In this document: positions 12,742 to 29,076 of the stretch, in pieces
Position numbering within the stretch: position 1 is the first letter of the stretch
Layout: every line of letters begins with the position of its first letter
Source of the DNA: Eledone cirrhosa
Taxonomy: Eukaryota
Assembly (NCBI GenBank): GCA_964016885.1
Contig: OZ024745.1
Coordinates: forward strand, 18,724,001-18,788,000
Direction of reading: 5' to 3'
Length of the DNA: 64,000 nt
Notes under the pieces: model-generated
The model's input: the letters and a program-made list of their open reading frames with translations, nothing else
Database searches by the model: none
What the model was told of the DNA's origin: nothing
Made by a program: the position numbers and the translations under genes

Positions 12742-15700
12742 TGTTATTACTGTTGTTGTTATTGTTACAGTTATGGTCGTTGTTACTGTTGTTGTTGTTA
12801 TGACTGTTGTTGTAACTGTTGTTGTTGTTATGACTGTTGTTGTAACTGTTGTTGTTGTTATGACTGTAGTTGTTATTGTTACAGTTATGGTCGTTGTTAC
12901 TGTTGTTGTTGTTATGACTGTTGTTGTTACTGTTGTTGTTGTTATGACTGTTGTTGTAACTGTTGTTGTTGTTATGACTGTAGTTGTTATTGTTACAGTT
13001 ATGGTCGTTGTTACTGTTGTTGTTGTAATTACTGTTGTTGTTATTGTTACAGTTGTGGTCGTTGTTACTGTTGTTGTTGTTATGACTGTTGTTGTTATTG
13101 TTACAGTTGTGGTCGTTGTTACTGTTGTTGTTGTTATGACTGTTGTTGTTATTGTTACAGTTGTGGTCGTTGTTACTGTTGTTGTTGTTATTACTGTTGT
13201 TGTTATTGTTACAGTTGTGGTCGTTGTTACTGTTGTTGTTGTTATGACTGTTGTTGTTGTTGTTGCTGTTACAGTTATGGTCGTTGTTACTGTTGTTGTT
13301 GTAATTACTGTTGTTGTTATTGCTACAGTTGTGGTCGTTGTTACTGTTGTTGTTGTTATGACTGTTGTTGTTATTGTTACAGTTGTGGTCGTTGTTACTG
13401 TTGTTGTTGTTATTACTGTTGTTGTTATTGTTACAGTTGTGGTCGTTGTTACTGTTGTTGTTGTTATGACTGTTGTTGTAACTGTTGTTGTTGTTATGAC
13501 TGTAGTTGTTATTGTTACAGTTGTGGTCGTTGTTACTGTTGTTGTTGTTATTACTATTGTTGTAACTGTTGTTGTTATGACTGTAGTTGTTATTGTTACA
13601 GTTGTGGTCGTTGTTACTGTTGTTGTTGTTATGACTGTAGTTATTATTGTTACAGTTGTGGTCGTTGTTACTGTTGTTGTTGTTATGACTGTTGTTGTTA
13701 TTGTTGCAGTTGTGGTCGTTGTTACTGTTGTTGTTGTTATGACTGTTGTTGTTATTGTTACAGTTGTGGTCGTTGTTACTGTTGTTGTTGTTATGACTGT
13801 TGTTGTTATTGTTGCAGTTGTGGTCGTTGTTACTGTTGTTGTTGTTATGACTTTTGTTGTTATTGTTACAGTTGTGGTCGTTGTTACTGTTGTTGTTGTT
13901 ATGACTGTTGTTGCTATTGTTACAGTTGTGGTCGTTGTTACTGTTGTTGTTGTTATGACTGTAGTTGTTATTGTTACAGTTGTGGTCGTTGTTACTGTTG
14001 TTGTTGTTATTACTATTGTTGTAACCGTTGTTGTTGTTATGACTGTAGTTATTATTGTAACAGTTGTGGTCGTTGTTACTGTTGTTGTTGTTATTACTAT
14101 TGTTGTTACTGTTGTTGTTGTTATGACTGTTGTTGTTATTGTTACAGTTGTGGTCGTTGTTACTGTTGTTGTTGTTATGACTGTTGTTGTTATTGTTACA
14201 GTTGTGGTCGTTGCTGCTATTGTTGTTGTTATTACTGTTGTTATTACTATTGTTATAACTGTTGTTGTTGTTTTGACTGTAGTTGTTATTGTTACAGTTG
14301 TGGTCGTTGTTACTGTTTTTGTTGTTATGACTGTTGTTGTAACTGTTGTTGTTGTTGTTATGACTGTTGTTGTTATTGTTACAGTTGTGGTCGTTGTTAC
14401 TGTTGTTGTTGTTATGACTGTTGTTGTTATTGTTACAGTTGTGGTCGTTGTTACTGTTGTTGTTGTTATGACTGTTGTTGTTATTGTTGCAGTTGTGGTC
14501 GTTGTTGCTATTGTTGTTGTTATTACTATTGTTGCAACTGTTGTTGTTGTTTTGACTGTAGTTGTTATTGTTACAGTTGTGGTCGTTGTTACTGTTGTTG
14601 TTGTTATGACTGTTGTTGTTACTGTTGTTGTTGTTATGACTGTAGTTGTTCTTGTTAGAGTTATGGTCGTTGTTACTGTTGTTGTTGTTATGACTGTTGT
14701 TGTTATTGTTACACTTGTGGTCGTTGTTACTGTTGTTGTTGTTATGACTGTTGTTGTTATTGTTACAGTTATGGTCGTTGTAACTGTTGTTGTTGTTATG
14801 ACTGTTGTTGTTATTGTTACAGTTGTGATCGTTGTTACTGTTGTTGTTGTAATTACTGTTGTTGTAACTGTTGTTGTTGTTATGACTGTAGTTGTTATTG
14901 TTACAGGTATGGTCGTTGTTACTGTTGTTGTTGTTATGACTGTTGTTGTTATTGTTACAGTTGTAGTCGTTGTTACTGTTGTTGTTGTTATGACTGTTGT
15001 TGTTGTTGTTACAGTTGTGGTCGTTGTTACTGTTGTTGTTGTTATGACTGTTGTTGTTATTGTTACAGTTGTGGTCGTTGTTACTGTTGTTGTTGTTATG
15101 ACTGTTGTTGTTATTGTTACAGTTGTGGTCGTTGTTACTGTTGTTGTTGTTATGACTGTTGTTGTTATTGTTGTTACAGTCATGGTCGTTGTTACTGTTG
15201 TTGTTGTAATTACTGTTGTTGTTGTTGTTGTTACAGTTGTGGTCGTTATTACTATTGTTGTTGTTATGACTGTTGTTGTTGTTATTGTTACAGTTGTGGT
15301 CGTTGTTACAGTTGTTGTTGTTATGACTGTTGTTGTTATGACTGTAGTTGTTGTTGTTACATATGTGGTCATTGTTACTATTGTTGTTGTTATGACTGCT
15401 GTTGTTATGACTGTTGTTGTTATTGTTGCAGTTGTGGTCGTTGTTACTGTTGTTGCTGTTATGACTGTTGTTGTTATTGTTACAGTTGTGGTCGTTGTTA
15501 CTGTTGTTGTTGTTATTACTATTGTTGTTACTGTTGTTGTTGTTATGACTGTAGTTGTTATTGTTAGAGTTATGGTCGTTGTTACAGTTGTTGTTGTTAT
15601 GACTGTTGTTGTTACTGTTGTTGTTGTTATGACTGTAGTTGTTATTGTTAGAGTTATGGTCGTTGTTACTCTTGTTGTTATGTCTGTTGTTGTAACTGTT

Positions 15701-16848
15701 GTTGTTGTTATTACTGTTGTTGTAACTGTTGTTGTTGTTATTACAATTATTGTCTTTGTTACTGCTGTTGTTACTGTTGTTGTTACTGTTGTTGCTGTTA
15801 CTGTTGTTGTTGTTATTACTGTTGTTGTTATTGTTACAGTTGTGGTCGTTGTAACTGTTGTTGTTGTTGTTATGACTGTTGTTGTTATTGTTACAGTTGT
15901 GGTCGTTGTTACTGTTGTTGTTGTTGTTATGACTGTTGTTGTTATTGTTACAGTTGTGGTCGTTGTTACTGTTGTTGTTGTTATGACTGTTGTTTTTATT
16001 GTTACAGTTGTGGTCGTTGTAACTGTTGTTGTTGTTATGACTGTTGTTGTTATTGTTACAGTTGTGGTCGTTGTTACTGTTGTTGTTGTTATGACTGTTG
16101 TTGTTATTGTTACAGTTGTGGTCGTTGTTACTGTTGTTGTTGTTATGACTGTTGTTGTTATTGTTACAGTTATGGTCGTTGTTACTGTTGTTGTTGTTAT
16201 GACTGTTGTTGTTATTGTTACAGTTGTGGTCGTTGTTACTGTTGTTGTTGTTGTTATGACTGTTGTTGTTATTGTTACAGTTGTGGTCGTTGTTACTGTT
16301 GTTGTTGTTATGACTGTTGTTGTTATTGTTACAGTTATGGTCGTTGTTACTGTTGTTGTTGTTATGACTGTTGTTGTTATTGTTACAGTTGTGGTCGTTG
16401 TTACTGTTGTTGTTGTTATGACTGTTGTTGTTGTTGTTGTTGTTACAGTTATGGTCGTTGTTACTGTTGTTGTTGTTATGACTGTTGTTGTTATTGTTGC
16501 AGTTGTGGTCGTTGTTACTGTTGTTGTTGTTATTACAATTATTGTCTTTGTTACTGCTGTTGTTACTGTTTTTGTTACTGTTGTTGCTGTTACTGTTGTT
16601 GTTGTTATTAGTGTTGTTGTTATTGTTACAGTTATGGTCGTTGTTACTGTTGTTGTTGTTATTACTGTTGTTGTTATTGTTACAGCTATGGTCGTTGTTA
16701 TTGTTGTTATTGTTGTTATTACTGTCGTTGTTACTGATGTTGTTGTTATTACTGTTGTTGTTGTAAATGTTGTGGTTATTATTACAATTATTGTCTTTGT
16801 TATTGTTGTTGTTGCTATTGTTGTTGTTATAGCTGTTGACCATTGCTA
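12742..16848. repeat. Satellite B: ~54-bp unit GTTACAGTTGTGGTCGTTGTTACT(GTT)4ATGACT(GTT)3ATT
   Basis: Tandem array of in-phase triplets. Source of the V/T/N-rich ORFs at 12703-16918. Confidence 0.95.
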
Positions 16849-16959
16849 GTGTAGTTGTTGTTGTTTCAACGATTGTAATAATAACAACAACACCACTAAC
16901 AACTACAGTAACCTTCACTACAACATTAAAACAACACCATTAACAAGAACACCACTAAC

Positions 16960-19900
16960 GACAACACTACCAACAACAACACTACCAACAACACTACCAA
17001 CAACAACACTACCAACAACACTACCAACAACACTACCAACAACACTACCAACAACACTACCAACAACACTACCAACAACACTACCAACAACACTACCAAC
17101 AACACTCCCAACAACACTACCAACAATACTACCAACAACACTACCAACAACAACACTACCAACAACAACACTACCAACAACAACACTACCAACAACACTA
17201 CCAACAACAACACTACCAACAACACTACCAACAACCATACTACCAACAACACTACCAACAACAACACTACCAACAACACTACCAACAACACTACCAACAA
17301 CACTACCAACAACCATACTACCAACAACACTACCAACAACAACACTACCAACAACACTACCAACAACACTACCAACAACACTACCAACAACACTACCAAC
17401 AACACTACCAACAACACTACCAACAACAACACTACCAACAACACTACCAACAACAACACTACCAACAACACTACCAACAACAACACTACCAACAACACTA
17501 CCAACAACAACACTACCAACAACACTACCAACAACACTACCAACAACACTACCAACAACACTACCAACAACACTACCAACAACAACACTACCAACAACAA
17601 CACTACCAACAACAACACTACCAACAACACTACCAACAACCATACTACCAACAACACTACCAACAACAACACTACCAACAACACTACCAACAACACTACC
17701 AACAACACTACCAACAACCATACTACCAACAACACTACCAACAACAACACTACCAACAACACTACCAACAACACTACCAACAACACTACCAACAACAACA
17801 CTACCAACAACACTACCAACAACAACACTACCAACAACACTACCAACAACACTACCAACAACACTACCAACAACACTACCAACAACAACACTACCAACAA
17901 CAACACTACCAACAACAACACTACCAACAACAACACTACCAACAACACTACCAACAACCATACTACCAACAACACTACCAACAACAACACTACCAACAAC
18001 ACTACCAACAACAACACTACCAACAACACTACCAACAACAACACTACCAACAACACTACCAACAACACTACCAACAACAACACTACCAACAACACTACCA
18101 ACAACCATACTACCAACAACACTACCAACAACAACACTACCAACAACACTACCAACAACACTACCAACAACACTACCAACAACAACACTACCAACAACAC
18201 TACCAACAACACTACCAACAACACTACCAACAACACTACCAACAACACTACCAACAACAACACTACCAACAACACTACCAACAACAACACTACCAACAAC
18301 AACACTACCAACAACACTACCAACAACAACACTACCAACAACACTACCAACAACAACACTACCAACAACAACACTACCAACAACACTACCAACAACAACA
18401 CTACCAACAACACTACCAACAACACTACCAACAACAACACTACCAACAACAACACTACCAACAACACTACCAACAACAACACTACCAACAACACTACCAA
18501 CAACAACACTACCAACAACAACACTACCAACAACACTACCAACAACACTACCAACAACAACACTACCAACAACAACACTACCAACAACACTACCAACAAC
18601 ACTACCAACAACAACACTACCAACAACAACACTACCAACAACACTACCAACAACAACACTACCAACAACAACACTACCAACAACAACACTACCAACAACA
18701 ACACTACCAACAACAACACTACCAACAACCATACTACCAACAACACTACCAACAACAACACTACCAACAACAACACTACCAACAACACTACCAACAACAC
18801 TACCAACAACAACACTACCAACAACACTACCAACAACAACACTACCAACAACACTACCAACAACAACACTACCAACAACACTACCAACAACAACACTACC
18901 AACAACAACACTACCAACAACCATACTACCAACAACACTACCAACAACACTACCAACAACACTACCAACAACACTACCAACAACAACACTACCAACAACA
19001 CTACCAACAACACTACCAACAACACTACCAACAACACTACCAACAACACTACCAACAACACTACCAACAACACTACCAACAACACTACCAACAACAACAC
19101 TACCAACAACAACACTACCAACAACAACACTACCAACAACAACACTACCAACAACAACACTACCAACAACACTACCAACAACACTACCAACAACACTACC
19201 AACAACAACACTACCAACAACACTACCAACAACACTACCAACAACACTACCAACAACACTACCAACAACAACACTACCAACAACAACACTACCAACAACA
19301 ACACTACCAACAACAACACTACCAACAACACTACCAACAACAACACTACCAACAACACTACCAACAACACTACCAACAACAACACTACCAACAACACTAC
19401 CAACAACACTACCAACAACACTACCAACAACAACACTACCAACAACAACACTACCAACAACAACACTACCAACAACAACACTACCAACAACACTACCAAC
19501 AACACTACCAACAACACTACCAACAACACTACCAACAACAACACTACCAACAACACTACCAACAACACTACCAACAACACTACCAACAACACTACCAACA
19601 ACACTACCAACAACAACACTACCAACAACACTACCAACAACACTACCAACAACACTACCAACAACAACACTACCAACAACACTACCAACAACACTACCAA
19701 CAACAACACTACCAACAACACTACCAACAATACTACCAACAACACCACCAACAACACTACCAACAACAACACTACCAACAACACTACCAACAACAACACT
19801 ACCAACAACACTACCAACAACAACACTACCAACAACACTACCAACAACACTACCAACAACACTACCAACAACACTACCAACAACAACACTACCAACAATA

Positions 19901-22900
19901 CTACCAACAATACTACCAACAACAACACTACCAACAACAACACTACCAACAACACTACCAACAACAACACTACCAATAACACTACCAACAATACTACCAA
20001 CAACACTACCAACAACACTACCAACAACAACACTACCAACAACACTACCAACAACAACACTACCAACAACACTACCAACAACAACACTACCAACAACACT
20101 ACCAACAACACTACCAACAACACTACCAACAACACTAACAACAACAACACTACCAACAACACTACCAACAACAACACTACCAACAACACTACCAACAACA
20201 CTACCAACAACAACACTACCAACAACACTACCAACAACAACACTACCAACAACACTACCAACAACAACACTACCAACAACACTACCAACAACACTACCAA
20301 CAACACTACCAACAACACTACCAACAACAACACTACCAACAACACTACCAACAATACTACCAACAACACTACCAACAACACTACCAACAACCATACTACC
20401 AACAACACTACCAACAACAACACTACCAACAACACTACCAACAACACTACCAACAACACTACCAACAACACTACCAACAACAACACTACCAACAATACTA
20501 CCAACAACACTACCAACAACACTACCAACAACAACACTACCAACAACACTACCAACAATACTACCAACAACACTACCAACAACACTACCAACAACAACAC
20601 TACCAACAACACTACCAACAACAACACTACCAACAACACTACCAACAACAACACTACCAACAACACTACCAACAACACTACCAACAACAACACTACCAAC
20701 AAAACTACCAACAACAACACTACCAACAACACTACCAACAACAACACTACCAACAACAACACTACCAACAACCATACTACCAACAACACTACCAACAACA
20801 ACACTACCAACAACACTACCAACAACAACACTACCAACAACAACACTACCAACAACCATACTACCAACAACACTACCAACAACAACACTACCAACAACCA
20901 TACTACCAACAACACTACCAACAACAACACTACCAACAATACTACCAACAACACTACCAACAACACTACCAACAACAACACTACCAACAACACTACCAAC
21001 AACAACACTACCAACAACACTACCAACAACACTACCAACAACACTACCAACAACACTACCAACAACAACACTACCAACAATACTACCAACAACACTACCA
21101 ACAACACTACCAACAACAACACTACCAACAACACTACCAACAACAACACTACCAACAACACTACCAACAACACTACCATCAACAACACTACCAACAACAC
21201 TAACAACAACACTACCAACAACACTACCAACAACACTAACAACAACACTACCAACAACAACACTACCAACAATACTACCAACAACACTACCAACAACACT
21301 ACCAACAACAACACTACCAACAACACTGCCAACAACAACACTACCAACAACACTACCAACAACACTACCAACAACAACACTACCAACAACAACACTACCA
21401 ACAACCATACTACCAACAACACTACCAACAACAACACTACCAACAACACTACCGACAACAACACTACCAACAACAACACTACCAACAACCATACTACCAA
21501 CAACACTACCAACAACAACACTACCAACAACACTACCAACAACAATACTACCAACAACAACACTACCAACAACCATACTACCAACAACACTACCAACAAC
21601 AACACTACCAACAATACTACCAACAACACTACCAACAACACTACCAACAACAACACTACCAACAACACTACCAACAACAACACTACCAACAACACTACCA
21701 ACAACACTACCAACAACACTACCAACAACACTACCAACAACAACACTACCAACAATACTACCAACAACACTACCAACAACACTACCAACAACAACACTAC
21801 CAACAACACTACCAACAACAACACTACCAACAACACTACCAACAACACTACCAACAACACTACCAACAACACTACCAACAACAACACTACCAACAATACT
21901 ACCAACAACACTACCAACAACACTACCAACAACAACACTACCAACAACACTACCAACAATACTACCAACAACACTACCAACAACACTACCAACAACCATA
22001 CTACCAACAACACTACCAACAACAACACTACCAACAACACTACCAACAACAACACTACCAACAACAACACTACCAACAACACTACCAACAACACTACCAA
22101 CAACAACACTACCAACAACACTACCAACAACAACACTACCAACAACAACACTACCAACAACCATACTACCAACAACACTACCAACAACAACACGACCAAC
22201 AACACTACCAACAACACTACCAACAACACTACCAACAACAACACTACCAACAACACTACCAACAACACTACCAACAACAACACTACCAACAACAACACTA
22301 CCAACAACAACACTACCAACAACCATACTACCAACAACACTACCAACAACAACACTACCAACAACACTACCAACAACACTACCAACAACACTACCAACAA
22401 CACTACCAACAACAACACTACCAACAACAACACTACCAACAACCATACTACCAACAACCATACTACCAACAACAACACTACCAACAACCATACTACCAAC
22501 AACACTACCAACAACAACACTACCAACAACCATACTACCAACAACAACACTACCAACAACAACACTACCAACAACACTACCAACAACAACACTACCAACA
22601 ACACTACCAACAACACTACCAACAACAACACTACCAACAACAACACTACCAACAACACTACCAACAACAACACTACCAACAACACTACCAACAACCATAC
22701 TACCAACAACACTACCAACAACAACACTACCAACAACACTACCAACAACAACACTACCAACAACCATACTACCAACAAAACACTACCAATAACACTACCA
22801 ACAACAACACTACCAACAACAACACTACCAACAACAACACTACCAACAACACTACCAACAACCATACTACCAACAACACTACCAACAACAACACTACCAA

Positions 22901-23880
22901 CAACCATACTACCAACAACACTACCAACAACAACACTACCAACAACAACACTACCAACAACACTACCAACAACAACACTACCAACAACACTACCAACAAC
23001 CATACTACCAACAACACTACCAACAACAACACTACCAACAACCATACTACCAACAACACTACCAACAACAACACTACCAACAACACTACCAACAACAACA
23101 CTACCAACAACACTACCAACAACAACACTACCAACAACACTACCAACAACAACACTACCAACAACACTACCAACAACAACACTACCAACAACACTACCAA
23201 CAACCATACTACCAACAACACTACCAACAACAACACTACCAACAACCATACTACCAACAACACTACCAAGAACAACACTACCAACAACACTACCAACAAC
23301 AACACTACCAACAACACTACCAACAACAACACTACCAACAACAACACAACCAACAACACTACCAACAACAACACTACCAACAACCATACTACCAACAACA
23401 CTACCAACAACACTACCAACAACACTACCAACAACAACACTACCAACAACACTACCAACAACAACACTACCAACAACACTACCAACAACACTACCAAAAC
23501 CAACACTACCAACAACAAACCTACCAACAACACCACCAACACCAACAACAACAACACTACCAAAACCAACACTACCAACAACAACACTACCAACAACACT
23601 ACCAACAACACTACCAACAACAACACTACCAACAACACTACCAACAACACTACCAACAACAACACTACCAACAACACTACCAACAACACTACCAACAACA
23701 CTACCAACAACAACACTACGAACAACAACACTACCAACAACACTACCCACAACACTACCAACAACACTACCAACAACACTACCAACAACACCATCAACAC
23801 CAACAACAACAACACTACCAAAAACAACACTACCAAAAACAACACTACCAACAACACTACCAACAACAACACTACCAACA
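16960..23880. repeat. Satellite C: interspersed 12-bp CCAACAACACTA and 15-bp CCAACAACAACACTA / CCAACAACCATACTA units
   Basis: Very homogeneous tandem array, CA-rich on the + strand. Source of the GSVV/LLVV ORFs. Confidence 0.97.
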
Positions 23881-25098
23881 ATAACAAAAACAACACCACT
23901 AACAACAATAACAATAACAACACCACTAACAACAATAACAATAACAACAATAACAAAAACAAGTCATAACAACAACAAAAGTAACAACGACCATAACTGT
24001 AACAATAACATCAACAGTCATAACAACAACAATAACAAAAACAACACAACTAACAACAATAACTATAACAACAATAACAATAACAACAATAACAATAACA
24101 ACACCACTAACAACAATAACTATAACAACAATAACAATAACAACAATAACAAAAACAACACCACTAACAACAATAACAATAACTACAATAACAATAACAA
24201 CTGTAACAACGACAAGAACAACAACTGTAACAACGACAGCAATTATAACAACAATAACAACAACAATGATACCAATAACAACAACGACAACAACAATAAC
24301 TGTAACAACAACAACAATAACAACAACAATAACAAAAACAACACCACTAACAACAACAACAATAACTGTAACAACAACAATAATAACAACAACAATAACT
24401 GTAACAACAACAATAACAACAACAACAACAATAACAACAACAATAACAACAACAATAACTGTAACAACAACAATAACAACAACAACAACAACAATAACAA
24501 CAACAATAACAACAACAACAACAATAACAACAACAATAACAACAACAATAACTGTAACAACAACAATAACAACAACAACAATAACAACAACAATAACTGT
24601 AACAACAACAACAACAATAACAACAACAATAACTGTAACAACAACAACAACAACAATAACAACAACAATAACTGTAACAACAACAATAACAACAACAACA
24701 ACAACAACAACAACAATAACTTTAACAACAACAATAACAACAACAATAACTGTAACAACAACAACAACAACAATAACTGTAACAACAACAATAACAACAA
24801 AAATAACTGTAACAACAACAACAACAATAACAACAACAACAACAACAATAACAACAACAACAATAACAACAATAACAACAATAACAACAATAACAACAGT
24901 AACAACAATAACAACAATAACAACAATAACAACAATAACAACAACAATAACTGTAATAACAACAACAACAACAATAACAACAACAACAATAACAACAATA
25001 ACAACAATAACAACAATAACAACAACAACAACAACAACAACAACAATAACAGCAATAGCAACAATAACAACAACAACAATAACAACAACAACAACGAT

Positions 25099-25171
<73 letters not shown>

Positions 25172-25194
25172 GCAATAACAGCAATAGCAACAAT

Positions 25195-25227
<33 letters not shown>

Positions 25228-25284
25228 AACAACAACAACAATAACAACAATAACAGCAATAGCAACAATAACAACAACAACAAT

Positions 25285-25347
<63 letters not shown>

Positions 25348-25365
25348 AACAGCAATAGCAACAAT

Positions 25366-25407
<42 letters not shown>

Positions 25408-25458
25408 AACAACAACAACAACAATAACAACAACAACAATAACAACAATAACAACAAT

Positions 25459-25491
<33 letters not shown>

Positions 25492-25631
25492 AACAGCAAT
25501 AGCAACAATAACAACAACAACAACGACAACAACAATAACAACAATAACAACAATAACAACAATAACAACAATAACAACAATAACAACAACAACAACAATA
25601 ACAACAATAACAACAATAACAACAATAACAA
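23881..25631. repeat. Array D: compound (AAC)/(AAT) trinucleotide repeat with ACTGTA and GCAATAGCA variants
   Basis: Direct reading. Source of the poly-L and poly-T ORFs. Confidence 0.95.
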
Positions 25632-25739
25632 TATATATCTTAATTTAACATTGTTTTCACCTCGTTTTTAATCTTCTTTTTTATTATCTTATAATCAATA
25701 TTGGTTAATTTTATTGAATTCCGTTATTTACTTTGTGTT

Positions 25740-25815
25740 GTTCAATTTATTTTATTGATAACGAGGTGTGTGTGGGAGGGGGGTTCACCTATTTATTGCG
25801 TGGATGTGTGTCTGA

Positions 25816-25857
<42 letters not shown>

Positions 25858-25934
25858 GTTTCATTTTGTGTGTACGTCTATTGTTTGTTTGGTATTTTTG
25901 CATGAGTGTTGGTGATCATGTGTGTGTTTGTGTA

Positions 25935-25965
<31 letters not shown>

Positions 25966-26860
25966 ATTAGTTTCATTTTGTGTGTACGTCTATTGTTTGT
26001 TTGTTTTTTTTGCATGTGCGTGTTGGTGATTATGTGTGTGTATGTCTCTGTGTGTGACTATATATGTGGGAAAGTCTATGTGTATATATATATGTATGTT
26101 TGTGTTTACTTCTATTTGTATGCATGTAAGGCTTGGTGATTGTGTGTGTATGGTGTATGTCTGTGTGCGAGACTGTGAATGTGGGAAAGTGTATGAGTGT
26201 ATATGTGAGTATGTATGTGTATGTATATGTACGAAAGTATGTCTATCTCTGTGGGTTTATACACGTCTCTCAGTATTCGAGTAGTGTTGTATGCATTTAT
26301 CCCTATATGTTTATGTGTCTATGTATGTGCATATGTATGTATGTGTATGTGGGTCCAAGAATGTGTATGTGTGTATGTTCATACGTATATATACATATAT
26401 ATATATACATATATATATATATGTGTGTGTGTGTGTGTATGTGTATATATGCATATTTATATGGGTGTGCGTGTGTCCTTATAAATGTGAATACGTATCA
26501 TAGTCACAATGTATCTGTCACTCTGTACATGTATGTATTTGTCTGTCTGTGTGTGGTTGTACTATTACATACAAACACACCACACCATTATATGTTGCTG
26601 TGTTAGATTAGCTTGAGTTAATAAAATGTTTATTCCGCCTCAACTTATCACTGACATGATTGTAAATTAGCTGACCTTAACAACGCTCATAAACACATAC
26701 ACACATACATATCCATACACACACATACACATACACACATACACATACATATATATATATACTCATACATATATATACTCATAAACACATACATATCCAT
26801 ACACACACACATACACACACACACACATATATATATATATAAACACACATACAACCATAT

Positions 26861-26892
<32 letters not shown>

Positions 26893-27084
26893 CATACATA
26901 CATACAGTCATTCATACATACATACATCCATAATACATACACGCACACATACATACTTACATAAATACATACTTTTTGTGTTTTAGAGTAAGGATTTCTC
27001 TCTATCTCTGTGCCTTCCGTTAGGCGCCATTAATTATATATGCATGTGTATGTGGGTGTATATATATATTCACATATATATACA

Positions 27085-27158
<74 letters not shown>

Positions 27159-27213
27159 TATATAGATAGATGTATATGAAACAGAAAACTCTGATACATA
27201 TATATATATATAT

Positions 27214-27290
<77 letters not shown>
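25740..27290. repeat. Degenerate TG/TA/CA microsatellite region with a local ~115-bp direct duplication
   Basis: TTAGTTTCATTTTGTGTGTACGTCTATTGTTTGTTTG occurs at ~25855 and ~25967. Confidence 0.85.
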
Positions 27291-27670
27291 GGAGGTGAGT
27301 TTTATTGTAGTACAATAAAGCAATGCAGATATCGGATAAGAAGCACTCTACAGTTTGTAGGACTGGAGTATACATAATATAAGATCGTACATATCTTTCC
27401 CTTCGTTAATTTTCAAATTCTTTTAATTTATACATTATCTTCCAACGGTTTTCAACAATATATCTTCTCTCAGTTATAAAAACTATCTCTTTCTCTCTAT
27501 CACCCATCTCTCCCTCTCATCTCCTCCCCTTTTTCATCTTTCCAACCCCCCCCCCTCTCTAAATAAAATATTTTTCCCAATATCACACATCAATCTAAAA
27601 CCACTTTTCATATGTTGATTTAAAACCGCACTATCCACAAGTGTTTTTTAGCCTTCATATCATGTTCTCC

Positions 27671-27741
27671 TGTTTTATCTGATGAAAACACAAATATTAT
27701 TGCATGATGATGTTTGTTTTTGAAATGCGCATAATAAAATA
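27671..27741 (+). ncRNA. Type I hammerhead ribozyme motif with minimal stem III and palindromic loop
   Basis: Stem I TGTTTTAT/ATAAAATA; core CTGATGA 27679-27685; AU-rich stem II; GAAA 27722-27725; stem III AT-GCGC-AT; triplet ATA ending at 27733. Confidence 0.72.
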
Positions 27742-27771
27742 CATGGAACTCCTTTAACCATCTTTTGATCT

Positions 27772-27875
<104 letters not shown>

Positions 27876-27927
27876 TTTCTGAATTTGTTTAGCAAGATTC
27901 TTTATCTGAAATCGTGTGTTGAAACCG

Positions 27928-28008
27928 ATATTGTTATACTTTGGGAGGGTCATGTGAAAGCAGCTGGTGCGTGTGTTTCTTATTGGCAACATGACCCTCC
28001 CAAAGTAT

Positions 28009-28016
<8 letters not shown>
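27928..28016. repeat. 28-bp inverted repeat inside a ~145-bp insert flanked by (TA)n
   Basis: ATATTGTTATACTTTGGGAGGGTCATGT ... ACATGACCCTCCCAAAGTATAACAATAT. Confidence 0.9.
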
Positions 28017-28084
<68 letters not shown>

Positions 28085-28659
28085 CCTGTCAATCTCTTAC
28101 ATTAATATATGGGTGAGATATATAGTTAAATCTCTAAGCAGACAATAATTGGTGTGTCGCAACGAGAATCACGTGATATTGAAAACAGAAAGTAATTATT
28201 CAACCATAAAATACAAGATGAACCGTGAAGGACGATGTTACAGTATGGCCAAACATGGGGTTTAAGATGTTGTTATAGTATGGCATGACATGATATAGTG
28301 TAGAAGACAGGGCTAGATGTCGCAAAGGATTACACAAAACCAAGGATCAGCTTGCTGTTAATTATTAGACTTACGTGCCGCCCTCTCTTGGTTTTGTGAG
28401 AATGAGGGCATTAATGCCGTTTATCTTTAAACTGAAATAATCACTGCGGTAGTATATGCTTTGAAGGAAATCTGGCTGTTTTTTCTAGCATATCTAACGA
28501 ACCAGATCTAATGTTGTTATTTGTAGTAGTTCGGCAAGAGGTTTGATATAACAGTGTTTTGACCTCGGAGAGATATTTCTGCCCCTCAAAAAGATACGCA
28601 AGATATTAAATACATATTATAGTCATATATTCAGTTTTCATATATTTTTATTGTCAACA

Positions 28660-28761
28660 TTACCAAGCTCTGGGGAAAAGTTCAGAAGCTAACCAAGATA
28701 TCACAGCTTTAGCATCACTCCTTCATAGTCAGTCTATGAGCTTCTCAGCCAATCTTCGTAC
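28660..28761. mobile_element. Degenerate mariner-derived MITE
   Basis: GAAAAGTTCAGAAGCTAACCAAGAT ... AGTCAGTCTATGAGCTTCTCAGCCAATCTTCGTA resembles both ends of the MITE at 43578-43764. Confidence 0.55.
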
Positions 28762-29076
28762 TGTCAAGCCTGTATTATTCAAACGTCTCTGCAGTATACC
28801 TTCTGTTTGAATATCAGGAGGAAGAAGAAAGTTCTACAGATGAGAATTTCTGGGAAAGTTTGGAAATGATGAAAGACGAAACTGAAGAAATGAGAAGAAA
28901 TGAAGAATAAGACTTGGAGGAGGTCTGTAAATTGCGTGTTCAGATGACAGAGAGAAAATGAAAGGATCTGTATTAATCGAGTCGATTGACTTTCGTCAAA
29001 TCGGACCGAGGAAACAATGTTTCCATTGGTCTTTCGAATTGCTAATACTATCTATCGGTCGCAACTCAAAGTAGAA

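Noticed and set aside
1-25631. Telomeric array
   Set aside because: No TTAGGG/TTAGG repeats, and polarity switches several times.
12174-25648. Giant ORFs (889-2274 aa) rich in V/T/N/L/GS
   Set aside because: They are open in several frames on both strands because AAC/GTT-based repeats lack stop codons. No unique domain, signal peptide or splice context.
27900-27940. CTGAAAT...GAAACCGATA as a hammerhead
   Set aside because: Core and stems I/II do not fit. At most a decayed 3' half.
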